Assembly: GCF_009914755.1 (NCBI RefSeq)
Contig: NC_060932.1
Length of the DNA stretch: 64,000 nt
Strand: one strand, 5' to 3'
Source of the DNA: the human T2T-CHM13v2.0 reference genome, Homo sapiens
The position numbers and the translations under genes are program-made. The notes beneath the pieces are model-generated. The model had not been told where the DNA came from. It saw only the letters and a program-made list of their open reading frames with translations, and made no database searches. Every line of letters starts with the position of its first letter. Positions within the stretch are counted from its first letter, which is position 1. Below, piece after piece: positions 30,510 to 45,440 of the stretch.

Positions 30510-30971
30510 TGGAGTGTGAAGCAAGTTCCCTGTGCACTGGTTACCAACTTGCCAGGGTCCAGTAAAACAGAACACCCCCATACACAACAGGCTACATGAA
30601 GCAGATTTATTACTTATAGACAGGCAGCAGAGGACAACAGAAACCGCAGGGGGCTCAGGGAAGCTGCCTGGGAAGGAGATGGCATCTCTTTTGCACATGC
30701 CCCACTTGTACCACAGCACAAGGACCCCAGGAAGCAGCCCATCCTAGATTGTATACCCCTGGACCACGTGATCAGTGGGTTAAAGCGTTGAAGGATGTAT
30801 GTTTCCGGAGTGGGGAAGGCAACTGAAACAGAACTGAGGCTATTTTAGCCAGCTCCCTCTTATCTCAAGATGTTGTATTCCCAGCACATTCCACAGTTAT
30901 TCTTGTCAACTACAACTAAGAAAGTGGGGGGAAAGGGTTGGTCCAAGGTCACTCAGATGGTTCTATATGCA
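30510..30971 (-). mobile_element. ERV solo LTR (subfamily not assigned)
   Basis: About 460 bp, TG..CA ends, AATAAA on minus at 30606-30611, interrupts L1 sequence. Confidence 0.55.
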
Positions 30972-30999
30972 GTAGCTCACAGTAAAAAATAAACAACTA

Positions 31000-31309
31000 G
31001 GCCAGGCGTAGTGTCTCGTGCCTGTAATCCCAACAATTTGGGAGGCTGCAGCGGGCGGATCACTTGAGGCCAGGAGTTTGAGACCAGCCTGGCCGACATG
31101 GCAAAAACCTGTCTCTACTAAAAATACCAAAAAATTAGCTGGGCGTGGTGGCAGGTGCCTGTAGTCCCAGCTACTCAGGGGGCTGAGGCACAAGAATCGC
31201 TTGAACTGGGAGGCGGAAGTTGCAGTGAGCCAAGATCATGCCATCACATTCCAGCCTGGGCAACAAAGGCAAAACTCTGTCTTAAAAAAACAAATAAATG
31301 AACAAAAAA
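31000..31309 (+). mobile_element. Alu, AluS
   Basis: Full dimer with A-rich tail. Confidence 0.95.
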
Positions 31310-32641
31310 GACGACTACTCAAGGAAAAAAAAAAAAGCACGAGAACCAATAGAACAAGAACAGAAATAGAAATATAAAAACTTCAGATATTGGAATATGA
31401 AAACATGAACTATAAAACCACTACAATTACTATGTTTAAATAACATGTCTCAGACTTCCTAGTAAAAGATGGAAAACTGGAACGCTTCCCTCTGGACTTA
31501 GCAGAACAACAAAGATGCTGCCCTCACTCCACTACTCAACACTGTCCTGGAGCCTTTCCCTGTGCAGTGAGGCATGAAGAGGAAATACAAGAGATAAGGA
31601 TCAATCGGAAAGCAAGCAAGCAAGCTGTGGTTCTTTGCAGGCATACAGAAAATCTAAAAGAACCCACAGATACATTAATAAAATAATAAGAGAGATTAGT
31701 AAAGTTGCTGACTACAAAATCAAACACAAAAGTAGACTACTTAGTGGTGATGGTCGTACAACATTGTGAATATACTAACTGCCACCGAATTGTACACTTT
31801 TAAATGATTACAATGGTCAATTTGAGGTAATGTGTACTTTACCACAATGAAAAAGTAAATTGCAATCTATATACCAGCAACAGAGAAAAAAATAAAATAA
31901 TACATTTGTGATAGCATCAAAATATCATACACCTAAAAATTAATAAAACATTGGTATGCTTATGGAAAAGTTACAAACAGATACCAAATAAGATCAAAAA
32001 AAGGACAGAGAGATACTAATACTATTAAGAACTGTTCTCTCTAAATTGATCTATATGGCCAATACAATTCCAAAGAAAATCCCAATACATACCTGTGTGT
32101 GTGTTTGTATGTGAGTAAAAATTGCTTGGTTGATTCTGAAATATATGTGTAAGTGCAAAGGGATAAAATTAGCCAACTCACTCTTCAAGAATAAGGTGAG
32201 AAGACATTTCCTACCAGTTATAAAACTCATAAGACTATGGAAATTAAGGAAGTAGAGCAGAATAGAGACCAGAGGCAAACCCATACAGATGTGGACTCCT
32301 GGTCTACGACAGAGGTGGCCTTCGTAACAAATGTAGAAAGAATAACCATCTTAATAAGAAACACAGGGACAGTAGGGTGCCCACAATGGGACAAATTAAA
32401 TTGTCATACTTTAAACAAACTTAATTCCTGATGGATTAGACGTTTCCTCAAATTATACCTAAATGTGAAAAGCAAAAGTATAAAGCCTTACAACATAAAG
32501 GACTACTTTTATGACCTCAGGGCAGGATGGAATTTCTAGAACAGAACAAACATAAAATAATTAACCATAAAAAAGTTTAATAATTTTGATTGTTTTAAAA
32601 TCAAAATCTTCTGTTCATCAAATGACACCAGGAAGAGATTA

Positions 32642-33160
<519 letters not shown>

Positions 33161-34239
33161 ATCCCTTCGTTTGGAGGAATTTGTGCTTCTTCCTTCATTT
33201 TACAGTGTTATGGGACCACAAGAGGTCACTGATGACCTGATGAATAAAACCCTACTCCAGTTGCTCCTCCCCCTCCATTCACTTTCTCCTCAGCATGAGA
33301 AACAAACCACTCTGCCAAGAGATGGGCAAGGGGCCTCTTGTGGCCCTCCCGGTGGACGGCTGCATCTACAGTCCTTTGCCTAAAACCAACAATCCTGCCT
33401 GACCCCAGTCCCTGTGAGCAGCTTTAATGGGCAGCTGCTTGGTTAATGGGGTTGCCCAGCCTGAAGCTGGGATAACGTGCACAATAGAGTTTGCCAATGA
33501 TTAAGGAGCACCATAAACTACCTTCACACAGGCATTTTACATGTGATTGTGGTGTGATCCTTTCTCAGTAATCAAAATGAAAAAGAAAGGCTTTGCAAAA
33601 ATACCACAGGAGGGACTGCTATGAAGAATCGTGCTAAGACATCTTGAATCCTCAAGTGTAATCACAGTAATGATAGTTTTCCTGGGGTCTGAAAACCAGC
33701 TCCGAACTGTTTGCAATGATTTGGCTTTCCATTGCTGATTCCTCACAAATTAGATTCAGACTCTTTCCATGTGTTGATGCTGCTGGGGGTTAATTATGAC
33801 TGTGAATATTCATAATAGACATAATACCCATGAATCTTGTATGTGCAATGGAAATCACTAAGCTGGGAAATAGAGTGGATTTCCAAGGTTAAAAACAGCA
33901 ACCCATTTTTCGGTAGGAATTCAATTACATACCTGTTGTTCAAACAAACCCCATGTTTAAAAATCTCTACAAAACTTCAGCAGTTGTCTTTGAATATACC
34001 AATGCCTGACTGCTTTATTATGCAACACATATATATAGCTCTTGTTCAGGTATTTTTATGATGGTAATTCTAGCATATACATTTGTATCACAAAGATAGT
34101 TTGCCTTACTTCAAAATAGATTTTACCATCTGGATGATAAGAGTCTGAAAATCATAAGAAGCAGAAGGACAGTTGGAAGAACTGGGATCTCATTCTAGAG
34201 AAGAACTGAGAAAGGGGAGAGCTTTGTGCAAATTACTTT

Positions 34240-34460
34240 AAGGGATGTCATTGCTTAAGGGAGATTGGCTTGGTTCTGACGGTCTCCAGGAAGCAGAGCC
34301 TGGACCTTCATTTAGGAATCAAAGAGAGACAGAGAGAGGCTGTCTAACAGTAGAGGATACCAAGAAGGGAATGACTACTCTCTTGAGAGGGTGAGGGTCC
34401 TGTTGGGAAAGGAATTTAAGCAAAAGCCAGAAAATGACCAACAGTCAGGAGATTGACAGG
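34240..34460 (+). mobile_element. CR1/L3-like 3' fragment
   Basis: tctaacagtagag..gaatgactactctcttgagagggtgag..tttaagcaaaag. Very diverged. Confidence 0.45.
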
Positions 34461-34876
34461 AGGGGCCCTAGTACCCCTGAGAGTTGAGGCATCTGTGGAG
34501 TGACACACGGATCATAAAAGGGAGGCAGTGACAGCAACGGTACCAGCAAGGTTGTCCCAGCATGTCATAGCTACATGACCTTCAGTACACTCTAAGTTTC
34601 CCCCTCCCTCAGCTCCCCTAACTGGAAACTGAGCATAAAAATTATGAGGATTGAATGTATTTAATATGGGTAAAGCACACAGAATAGCACCTGACACGAA
34701 GCAAGCACTTGGTAAATGTTAGCTGTCATTGGTGTTGACATTACCAGTCGTTATATTATGACGAGACATTGGGACCTGTATATACACAGATTTGATTTTA
34801 GGGATGAGGAGCCCTACAAAGCAAGAGTCTACGGTTTGGGAAATAAACATTAACATTCATGGTATGAATCATCTCA

Positions 34877-35065
<189 letters not shown>

Positions 35066-37513
35066 CTAAAATAAAAATGAAACACACACCAAGTGGTGCA
35101 TTACTCCTTGATGTACCTTAAAAAATATACATATATGTATTTTAAAAGATACTAAAACATTTTAATTTTTTCTCTACATATTCCATGAAAGACTCAAACT
35201 TGAAGCCCCTATATGCAGTGTAGAGAAGGTTATATCACGAATTGTATCTGTTGCAAGAGTCTCGCGAAGCCACAAGCTATCTACAACTGCCAAAGGCCAA
35301 GCAGGAGATATGGTGAATTAATGTATTTAACAAATATTATCGACAAGACAACAACATGCCAGATACTTTTGTGGGGTGTTGGGGATACAGATGTGATGGA
35401 AACACTGCCTTTGGGGTGCTCCTAGTGGAAAGTGGAAAGCACTCTGAGATGGGAGCTTGAATCCTCATTCTCCCGGCTCACTGCGCCCTGGTTTCTTCCT
35501 CTGCAAAATGAAGGAATCGGTTTATGATCTGAAAGGCCCCTTTTTGGTCTAAAAAGTCCTATAATTCTAATACTTTTAAAACTAAGTAAGCTCAGTGCTA
35601 AGCATGTTGAAGTCTCAATAAATAAAATGATTCCATTCAACAAACATACTGCAAAAATTATTGAGACCCAGTACCTCCTCTCAAGGAACTCCTAAGACAT
35701 CAGAGAGGGGAAGGAAAAGAGAACCTGCTGCTACTTGTCAGACTCCACTACGTGCTAGGCACACACCTACCAATATCAACACTGTATTTCACTTAATTTC
35801 TCCACCCCTCAACATTCCTATGAGACAGGGATTGCTAGCAGGAGAAGTTTAAAAACTCTCTTCTCATGTTGCCTGGGTCTGCCCAATATGGGGTCTGCCT
35901 TTTGTTTTCAAGGAGTGACCTGGAGTGGGTGTCCATTCCCCTCTCTACCCTCACCAGGTCCTTCTCTATGGCAGGGGAATGACTCATTCACCTGCCACAT
36001 CTCTCTTATGGGCAGGGTCATTATCTCAAGGGTGAAGGCTATCTGCCTTTCTCTGTTCTGCCTGACTTGGTGTGCTGCACAGCTGTGATCCAGGTTCATG
36101 CAACTGATTAAGGAAAAGACTAGGCCTGGACTTCAAGGGTCTATCATCATCTGCCTCCCATCTACTGGCTCAGGCATGTGTCTCGACTTACAGTATATAT
36201 TTGGGAAGGGCATTGGGAGTCCCAATTTAGCCTTAACACTAAGCCACATTCTCCTATCTAAGCTTTACTAGACAGAAGTGTTGGGCACTTAATCATATTA
36301 ATACATGGGGTAATTTGTTTCTTATTTAATTAGAGATTCTTGGTTATAGGCTCCAATAAATCCCCAAAGCCTAGCCCATTGTTTATCATGTGTATACTTC
36401 AATAAATAAATGATGAATGAACCAATGAAGAAATGATTCCCCATCTGAGACCCCAGCATCAAGCTCGGGGAGGTTTGGGCTCTGATGGATGCCCACTCCT
36501 AGATGGCAGTCCTTTTCCTGTGTCAACATCATACAGTGGTGCAAGACTAGTCTTTTACATGGTGCAGTTGTATAATTTTCAATTATATTTTGTAAAAATG
36601 CAACACGTGTATGGATGTGTGATGCCATGCAGCTCCCTTTCACTGGAGACCATGAACATAAGAAGTACATCTTCCTCTTTCCATGGGTCTCATGGGAGGG
36701 TGTATGTGCGTTGTGGGAAGATCTTCAGCTCCACCCTTTCAATATAAGCTTTGAACACTAGACTGGGGGAAAATAATACCCTTAATGTCACAAGTGGACG
36801 GCAAGACTTTTGCTGAAGCTCCAGAAGAAAAAAATAATGAATGCTACTAAAGACATTAAATACCAAGGCTAGAAGGGTTTGTTCAGAAATGTTTCAAAAG
36901 CGATGCAGTCTGCACTACAAAACTCATAGAAGTATGCTATGGAAGAATTGGCAACTAAAGCTACCAAAACAATGTTTACTTCTTCAATAGAAGGTGACTC
37001 ATGGAAAGGTTTGTATTATCAAACATGGTTTATTTTGGAGTAGGCTAAGTCTAAAATGTTGTATTTTCTAGGTTTTAAAATAGACAATGTAATTTTATTG
37101 CTTTCCATTAATTTTTTGCTGACCAATGTTATATTTGTGGATGTTACTTTGGCAGGGTATGAATGTCTATATGGTTTAAATATGAAAACAACTTGTTTTC
37201 TTCTTTTTCTTTAACTGAATGAGTGGGATGAATCTAAATATTTCCTGATATCCTGGCCTTCCCTTAAGGGAATGAAAACACTTTTCAGTTGCTATTGATT
37301 CCAGTTATAGTTAACCAAATCAGATTCATGTCAATTATAAATTTAAAAAATAGAATTAAGAAGATATTTTTTAATGTTTTATGGAGACTAAAAAGAGACT
37401 CTCCCTAGATTTAGAGAAGGAGAGAGAGAACGGGGGGAAGGGGTCTCCTCCTGGAAGTATCCCAGGGAGGCAGCAAGACCTCCAAGAGATGTGGCTGTGT
37501 AATACATGTGCAG

Positions 37514-37712
37514 CAGTGCTGTCCAGCAAAATTTTCTGCAATTCTGTTTTTCAATATTTCCTAGTATCTCAATAGGTCTGGTGGAAATGCTCTGTGCTAT
37601 CCAACACAATAGCTACCAGCTGCCTGTGGCTACTAAGCACTTGAAATGCGGTTAGTGCAACTTAGAAACTAAAGTTTTGATTTTATTAAATTTTAATTAA
37701 TTTGAATTTGTT
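37514..37712. mobile_element. MER3-like hAT-Charlie element
   Basis: cagtgctgtcca..gtggctactaagcacttgaaatgcggttagtgcaac..ttttaattaatttgaattt. Confidence 0.75.
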
Positions 37713-37979
37713 TATTTAGCAAGAGAGATAGGAACATAACCACAGTCAGCCTCAAACCCATGTGTGTTGGTCATGTGATGGGATGCCGGGATTCTTCTTC
37801 AGGTGTGAACGACCTTGTCCATACCAACTACCCGTAATTCCTCTGTGGTCTAGATCACGTGGTCTTTTCAGTTCTGGAACTCTTTGCTCCTTCCTTACCA
37901 TGCCTGGGACCTGTAACTCTCATGTAAGTGTGAGAACTTGGGGGTCTACAATCCAACCTCTCTGATCAATGTGAGATCT

Positions 37980-38215
37980 AGAGGATACTCCCCTGTGCCT
38001 GATTTGGCCAATTGAAAAGACTCAGGTCGGCCAGGGAGCTCACTGAGATGTTGACTGAGACCTTTGTTGGTCCTGCATCACAGCTCAACTTCTCCCTTTC
38101 CCCTCTCTTGGCTTCTTCCCTCCCTTTCCAGGTGTTGACCCCCAGGGCACTTCTTAATACATATTTTGCATGCTCGTCTGCATTTCAGAATCTGCTTCCC
38201 AAGGAGCAATGGCAC
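37980..38215 (+). mobile_element. LTR16-family LTR 3' part
   Basis: cctgcatcacagctcaacttctccct..caggtgttgacccccagggcac..cagaatctgcttccca. Confidence 0.65.
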
Positions 38216-38640
38216 CTTAGCACCTTTTAAATTTCTTAATATTTTAACTCCTTTAAATGAGGTCAATGTTAGTTAAAATTCATTAAAATATCAGCTTAAA
38301 AAAAAGAAAGCTCTTGAACCCAAAGTACAAGTTTTGTACAGCTTTACATTGCAATACATGCACCAATGAGAATGGGAGCATATGCATAATTAGAGCCTTA
38401 AAACACCCCATTTCTAACACTGTTATTTGTCACATAATAAGCACAAAGACTCTGTGTTTATGGAAATGCAAATAGAATCACAAATTTGGAACTTTTATTC
38501 ACAGGGAATTTGCTGTGCACCAGAATCTAAATGTGTTTCTTCTTTTTAAAAGGTATTTTCAGCTCATTTAGTTTCAAAGATTGTTTTAAGCTTAAAAGTT
38601 AGAAGGAATTAAGGAGTCAGCTGTAAGCAAAATATTAACA

Positions 38641-38724
38641 CCAACATTCATAATAACACTGAAATTCATCTTAATGCCAACATTCATAATAACACTGAAA
38701 TTCATCTTAATGCCAACATTCATA
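38641..38724 (+). repeat. Perfect 36-bp tandem duplication (2.3 copies)
   Basis: ccaacattcataataacactgaaattcatcttaatg x2 plus ccaacattcata. Confidence 0.97.
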
Positions 38725-39384
38725 TTAATAGTAGGTTACCTTTTCTGATAAGATCAAATTTGCCCAAGCAGAGGACTATAGGTTCAGTGTTCCAAGGTTT
38801 TGGAATCGTAACATTTGGTTTCCCACTGTACCTGCAGTCCTGGGTTGGTCTTCCTCCAGGAAGCAATGCTCATTAATATCAAACATCGTCTTATTCATTT
38901 GTGCTAAATGTGTTTAGGAATGACTAATGGAAAAGTTGTAAGGGCCAAAATATGCTTAGTAAATTAGATAATGTGAGACTAACAGTTTCCTGAATCCACA
39001 GAGAGAAATGTAATCAACTACTTGAAAATTCAATTGTGGGATAGGCATAAAGGAACAAATTAACATTTTAATAATGTTACATTATTTTAACTCTCATAGA
39101 GCCATGCAATTGAAAGTTGGGAGTGAACACAGAGGCAGTACGAGAGTTCACTTTTCTACAGAATACAAAAGTCCATTCTGAGGCTTTTCTGATGCATGAC
39201 TTTCCAACTTTTGCTTAAATAGTACCTGGGTTGAAGTTTCATTACATTCCGAGGCAGCACCTGCATTGAGACGATCTATATCAACTATAAAAGTTACTCA
39301 TACCAAGAAACATAGACTATGTGAGCTGTGTAAAAATACAGTAAACTGATGCAATGAAGCTACTTAGCTCTGAATCCTTATACT

Positions 39385-39457
39385 TTGGGTTGAACCATAA
39401 AAATTGCCAATATCTATGTTTGACCCATAAAAAATAATTTCTTATGGTTCAACTTAA
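39385..39457. mobile_element. MADE2-like mariner MITE
   Basis: Inverted ends ttgggttgaaccata ... tatggttcaacttaa in about 75 bp. Confidence 0.8.
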
Positions 39458-39961
39458 TATTTAAGTGAATTTAAATAAAAATGAGCAAACAGTAACTCCA
39501 TTTCAGATGAAAACATGCTACTTGTAAATTAAGAGGGAATGAACAAAGGAAATGAATGTAATCAGGAATACCTGTTAAGAAAGAAAACATAAATCAATCT
39601 ACTTTAACATTTTCCTGTGAGTTTAGCCTGGCTTCTTAAATAAAAGTGTACATGAAAATCACAATAAATTTATCTTTCTCTTGGATATTTCACTTTCTCC
39701 CACAGTTTCAACTATTACCTCCATTAAATCTGCTCCAAGAAATATTTACTGAGCATCTGTTATATGCCAAGCATAGGACTGAGAGGCAGATATGGAATGA
39801 TGGATTAAAAATTATTCCTGATCATCTCATGAGGGAGAAAGATATATAAACAGTTAAAATACATTGAAAAAAAGTAGAATTGCTAGATATATGCATAGAC
39901 TACTATGGAAGCCCAAGGGAGGGAGCTGTGCTAGAAAGGATAGAGAGCAGAAATCAAATAA

Positions 39962-40363
39962 GGTATTTTAATCTGTTCTCACATTGCTATAAAGAAATAC
40001 CTGAGACTGGGTAATTTATAAATAAAAGAGGTTTAATTGACTCATGGCTCTGCAGACCATGTAGGAAACATGGTGGCATCGGCTTCTGGGAAGGCCTCAG
40101 GAAACTTACAATCATGGCAGAAGGTGAAGGGGAAGCAGGCATGTCTCATATGGCAGGAGTAGGAGCAAGAGAGAGAGGAAGGAGGTGCCACACACTTTCA
40201 GACCACCAGATCTCAAGAGAACTCTATCACACAGCACTAGGGGGATGCTGCTAAACCATTAGAAACTGCCCCCGTGATCCAACCATCTCCCACCAGGCCC
40301 CATCTCCAGCATTGGGCATTACATTTCAACATGAGATTTGGGTGGGGAAACAAATCCCAATCA
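39962..40363 (-). mobile_element. MSTA-like solo LTR inserted in an L2
   Basis: ctgttctcacattgctataaagaaatacctgagactggg..catgagatttgggtgggga. Confidence 0.88.
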
Positions 40364-41309
40364 ATCCTGTTGTGATGCTGTCTAAATGTGCTTAATGGCC
40401 ATTAGATGACTTACTGGGGGCTGTGAGGTTTGATATGAATTTTAAAGGATAAGCAGGAATTTTCCAGAAGATGTAAGTCATGTAGTAGATAAGGAATATT
40501 CTAGAAAGAGAAAACAAGCATGAGCAGAGACAGGAAAGTAAATGACCACACAAACTAGCACGAAATATGTGGCAGACTGTAGCTGGAGAGAAGGCTGAAA
40601 AACAGACAAAAGAGAGATTTGGGGGAATTTATTTCATGGCACTTGGACTTTGCATAAGTGGTGATGAGAACTTTGCAGTGCTTTCTTCCCAAGTCACACA
40701 GTTACTCACCTCAGCTCAAGAGTAGTATTTTACACACGTCCTTATTTTCCTTAGACAAGGTGTGTGATGTTAACAAAAATACTAACTCCAGTGGAGTGAT
40801 AGCTTTTGAAAAGTGTCTTTTTCTCTTGCCTAGCTAGATAAAAATACTTTCCTTTCTGTTTAGACTATTTTAGTCAAATTTCTGTTCCTGCACCCAACCT
40901 CACTCTGAAAATACTCATGACACACAATCCTATTGGGAAACTGTCTAAATGTGCATAATGACTGCCACAGAGATTCTACAAATTCACACATTCGAATCAT
41001 TGGCTAATTGTGCTGTTCTGTTGGGCTTTATTTGCCTACAGACCACCATTTCTCTAGAAGACCACTGTCTCATAGGAGGTAGGTCTTGGACTCTGCATTT
41101 AAGATCACTTAGCATTTATAGATCCTCTTAAAAGGGGTCATTTGCATGAAATACAATCCATTATCCACAAGTGCCCCAGAGTGGAAGATCATGAAAGTTA
41201 ACATGAAGGTTAAGGGGATGGTTTCTTAAAATGAACTGAACATTAATAAATGATTTTTACACTCTTCAGTGCAGACCTTTGCAGTACTTTCATGTGGGTG
41301 TGACATGGT

Positions 41310-41850
41310 GTCTTAACGCATAGTACAGGTGCTGAACCTGTTTGTCCTCATATCCATTGCCTGCCCTGTCTTTGCTCTGCTCTGTAAATCACAGGAAGAT
41401 AGAACCCTGCTGGCTTCACTATCACTATCCACAGAACCCTGCTGGCCTTCCATGTTAACTGGCTTCCACCTGGGCCTGGCCAATGGGAGGCAATGGAGGG
41501 AAGCTGGAGGGCCAAGAACCGTACGTGCTTTCACAACCCCTGTCTGCATCAGCAACTTCTCCAGCAGTGGTAGAGTCTACTCTGTGGCTCCAGGCCCTGC
41601 CCAAGAGGGTTACTGCAGTTTTGGTTTCTTTCAGGTGACCTTTCCAGGTGACCTTGGTGTTTGCTTTCTGCCGACACCAACTTCTCCCTCTGTCCCAGGA
41701 ATAGTGGTAACTTCCTGATGGTACACATTTTTTCCTTTCTTTGACTTCTCAAATCTCCTATTACCTGTGTAATATGTTTCCTGAATTACTCCTAAACAAT
41801 AAATTCCCTTATAAATCCTGTACTGTATACATTTTGATACTCAAGTGTTT
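41310..41850 (+). mobile_element. LTR33/LTR41-type ERVL LTR
   Basis: ctggcttccacctgggcctggccaatgggaggca..gggaagctggaggg motif; aataaattccct near the end. Confidence 0.55.
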
Positions 41851-41879
41851 CCTGATTTCTCATTAGACACTTTCTTATT

Positions 41880-42030
41880 TATGTTGTGTTTCTCACACCT
41901 TGGGCTGCTCATTAAAACAAGATTCCCACACCTTCTAGTTAGAATCTGTAGATAGTGGCCTGGGAATCTAGTTTTTAGCAAGCTCTCTCCAGGTGATTCT
42001 TAGATTAGGTGAGTTTTGAAAACAGTCCTA
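41880..42030. mobile_element. MER5A-like hAT element
   Basis: agaatct..ggcctgggaatct..tttagcaagctc..ccaggtgattct..tttgaaaacag. Confidence 0.6.
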
Positions 42031-43384
42031 GCTGATACTGCAGCTTCTAGGCTTTTCTGAATGCAATTTAACTTATACAACCCACATTTACAAGATGCCT
42101 ATAGTGTCCCAGAAATTGTTCTAGGAGCTGGGATGCTGTGGATGAACCAGAAAAATGTGGTCACTGCAATGCTGAAATATTTTACATTGCTATTCAAAAT
42201 TATATACTTTGATCTACAGATGAGAGTTAATAATTGTATAACACTCCATTTTATGTGTGCACTATCATTTAATGGACTGGTTTTGAATAGTTAGATTGTT
42301 TCCAATTTCTTTTATCATGGTGTCTACCCATGTACATAAATTGTATATTGTATGATATATGTAACTATTTTGTTAGGAGAGAATCAAAATTTAGAATTAT
42401 TAAGTCATAATGTACATTTTAAGGCTTGATATGTGTCAATAATTTTATTCCCAAAAAGATTAAATCATTTCCTATTTTCTCTAGCAGTTTATGAGAGTAC
42501 TCTTTCAATGAACCCTCATTAGCATTAAACTAAAAAACTTTTTTTTTAAATAGGAATTTGGCAGGAGTGGTTGCTTCTAGAAAGAACTAGATGGTTGAAG
42601 AAGAGAGATTAAAGGAAGGCTTGCTTTGTACTGTAAGTTACTTAATACTTTTGGATTCTGTCCTGTAAATATATATTATCTATTTAAAAATAAATAAGCC
42701 ATAAAATTTTTTTAAATGTTTGATAATAAGATGAAAAATATAATATTTTATTATAATATGTAATGGAAATTTCTCATATCTTTTGTGTTTGTTTTGTAAC
42801 TGTCGTTTCCCACCTTTCTATTAGAGTTTTAATTGTTTTCTGAAATACTTTTATGAATTTACACATATTATCCTTTTTTAGTCTTTTGTGGTTTATTTTT
42901 CTGGCAATGGGACATATCAGCATTTAAAAAATTATATCTTAACTTGTTTATTATACCTCACTAAAATGTAAACTCCATGAGGACAGGAAGTTCTCTGTTG
43001 AGCACGTGGTAAGCCCTCAACAATTATTTGTTGAATAAATAAATACATAGATGAAATGCAAGTGAACAAAAAGTATTTACTGAATGGTAGGTTTTGACAT
43101 ACAACTCTTAGATTGTAAATAATGAAATAATTATTTAATTATTGTAGATTGTAAATAATTAAAACTATTGCTTTTCCTTGGTAATTTTTAAAATTATTTT
43201 ATGTTTAGAAAATCCTTTAAAGAATGAAAGTAGATATTTATCTTTATTTATTTTCTTAATGCTTTTAAAATAATACTCAATTCTTTAAAATCCATATGAA
43301 ATTTATTTTGGTGTCTGGTGTATTTGATGAACTAAGGTTTTCCAAATAGCCAATATCCTCCAATTTTATTATAAAATATGCATT

Positions 43385-44580
43385 TATGTATTCACTCAAT
43401 TTCAATCAACAGGTATTTTTTTGAGTTCTTACAACATGCCACTGAACTAGATACAGTTCTTGTTTCAGGGAGCTTATGGTTTAGTAGAAGAGAAAACAAG
43501 TCAGCACACAGCTTTAGGGCAGTGAGATCAATACTAAGAGAATAAACGCAGCTTGCTGTAGGAGCATTGTGGACAGACATATCCTAGCTTTGGGGGCTCA
43601 GGGAAATTTCCCGAGGGAGTGTTATCTGAGCTAGAAAAGGAATATCCAATTGAAAGGAGGAAAAGTGCCTCTTACAGAGAAGGAAAACTTGCACAAAGGT
43701 AAGAGAGAATAGCAAGTTCCTGGAACTGTGAGTTGTTCTATATTCCTAGTGTATGGGCTTTAGAAGGGGAGACAGTAGGAGCTGAGGTTGTGGATGTAAG
43801 CAGGGTCTACAGCATGCAGGAATTGTAGGCTGTTTTAGCAATTAGGACTTTATTCTAAAGATGAGAGGGTCCCCACTAACAGGCTTTATAAAAGGAGAAA
43901 CTGGCACCATAAAGTCTGCATTTTTGGAAGGTTGCTGGAAAGCAAAGTATATATTGAAATAAAATATGAAAAGAGGAAGTCTATTTATAATACCATTGTA
44001 GTAATAAGGTAAGAGATGATTGTTATCTCTGCCAAGACAAAGACAGTGGCAATAAAGACAAAGATTGAATTTGAGGTATGAAGGAGGTAAAATCTAGCAG
44101 ACTTGAATGTAAAGAGTGAAGATAGAGGGAGATGACAAAGATGATTTCAAGTGGGCGGATGAAAGGGATTTGGGAGGTATAGTAAGTTTGGAAGGGAAAT
44201 AGAGTTCAGATTTTAACTGAAAATCCTGCAAATACATATTAAAAGTCCGTCATATTTAGGAAGTAACAGAAGCCAATTCAATGGATAAGATCAATCAGGA
44301 GAGGGTAAGAATGAGGAGAGTTCAGTAAGAAACACAAAAGAAAGTGAACATTTAAGGAATGAGCAAAGGAAGATGTACTTACAAAAAAAGACTGCAAAAG
44401 AATGGACAGAAAGGTAGAAGAAAGGAGTACATGATTATATAAAACTAAGAGCAAGATTAAAAGGAGGAGGAGAATCCAACAGTATCTCATACGATGGAGA
44501 AATCAAGTAAAGTAAGTGTTCCAAACTTCCTATTGAGCTCAGTAAAAAAAGATATGTGTTTAGTATGATAGAAGTTTCTG
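43385..44580 (-). mobile_element. L2, long fragment
   Basis: L2 tail (attcactcaa..caacaggtattt) followed by colinear L2 motifs (ggactttattctaa, aggaggtaaaatc). Confidence 0.7.
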
Positions 44581-44611
44581 ACAGATAAAAATAATAAACT
44601 TCAAAGAATAT

Positions 44612-44619
<8 letters not shown>

Positions 44620-44655
<36 letters not shown>
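44620..44655. repeat. (TA)n microsatellite, about 17 units
   Basis: Read directly. Confidence 0.97.
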
Positions 44656-44659
<4 letters not shown>

Positions 44660-44661
<2 letters not shown>

Positions 44662-45440
44662 GTAATGCCCAATGACTTTTACCTTGAAAATGACAAATTG
44701 CTGTTGAGAGACAAATCTTAGAACACCCATAGAGAGAAATCTCATGACCACACACTGGCAAACTTAATAACGTTAAGATGTCAGGTCTTCCCAGATTGAC
44801 CTACAGATTCAATAAAATACTAATTAGCATCCCAACCATGTTTTTGTATGAAAATTGATAAGCTGATTCCTAAATTTATATATAAATACAAATAATAGAC
44901 AAAATGATCATCAAAAAGAAACAAAGTCATAAGAATTGCAGCCTTGAAGGTTTATTATAAAGCTAAAATTATTAGCATAGGGTAGTATTGGCATAATAAT
45001 AAAGAGATCAATGGAAAAAAACACAGGCCTAAAAACAGACCCTTCTTTATGAGGCCATTGATTTTTGACAAAGGTGCCGAAGCAACTCAATGGGAAAGTA
45101 AAATCTTTTGGGCCAGATCTTCAAATCCATAAGAGAAAAAAAATGACCCTTAACCACTACTATATACCACCCATAAAAATCCAACTGAAATGAATCCCAG
45201 ACTTAAAGGTAAAAGCTAAAAGGGTAAAGCTTCTAAAAGAAAATGTGGGAGAGTATCTTTAAAGCTAAAGATTTCATAAATAGGAAAAAGGAAGTAATCA
45301 CCAAAATAGAAATAAAATAACATATGAGAATTCACCAAAGCCAAAACTTCTGCTTATTATACAAATAATAAGCAGAATAAAATAATAAGCAAATGACTGG
45401 CTGGCTGACAGAAAATATTTAAAAAATCAGATAAGGAATG
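44660..45440 (+). mobile_element. Old L1M ORF2 fragment
   Basis: gacctacagattcaat..gaaaattgataagctgattcctaaatttata..ttttgacaaaggtgcc. Confidence 0.8.

Larger units (their letters stand above)
29930..32640 (+). mobile_element. Ancient L1M fragments (5' UTR, ORF1, ORF2) with nested LTR, Alu and L1MB-type 3' end
   Basis: A-rich L1 motifs (caaagatgctgccctcactccacta, aaatgtgaaaagcaaaagtataaagc, ttctgttcatcaaatgacacc). 31739-31850 is a short L1 3' end flanked by aaaagta repeats. Confidence 0.65.

Noticed and set aside
38641-38724. 36-bp repeat (and the 28-bp repeat at 46531) as a CRISPR-like array
   Set aside because: Units are directly adjacent with no spacers, there are no cas genes, and the DNA is primate intron.
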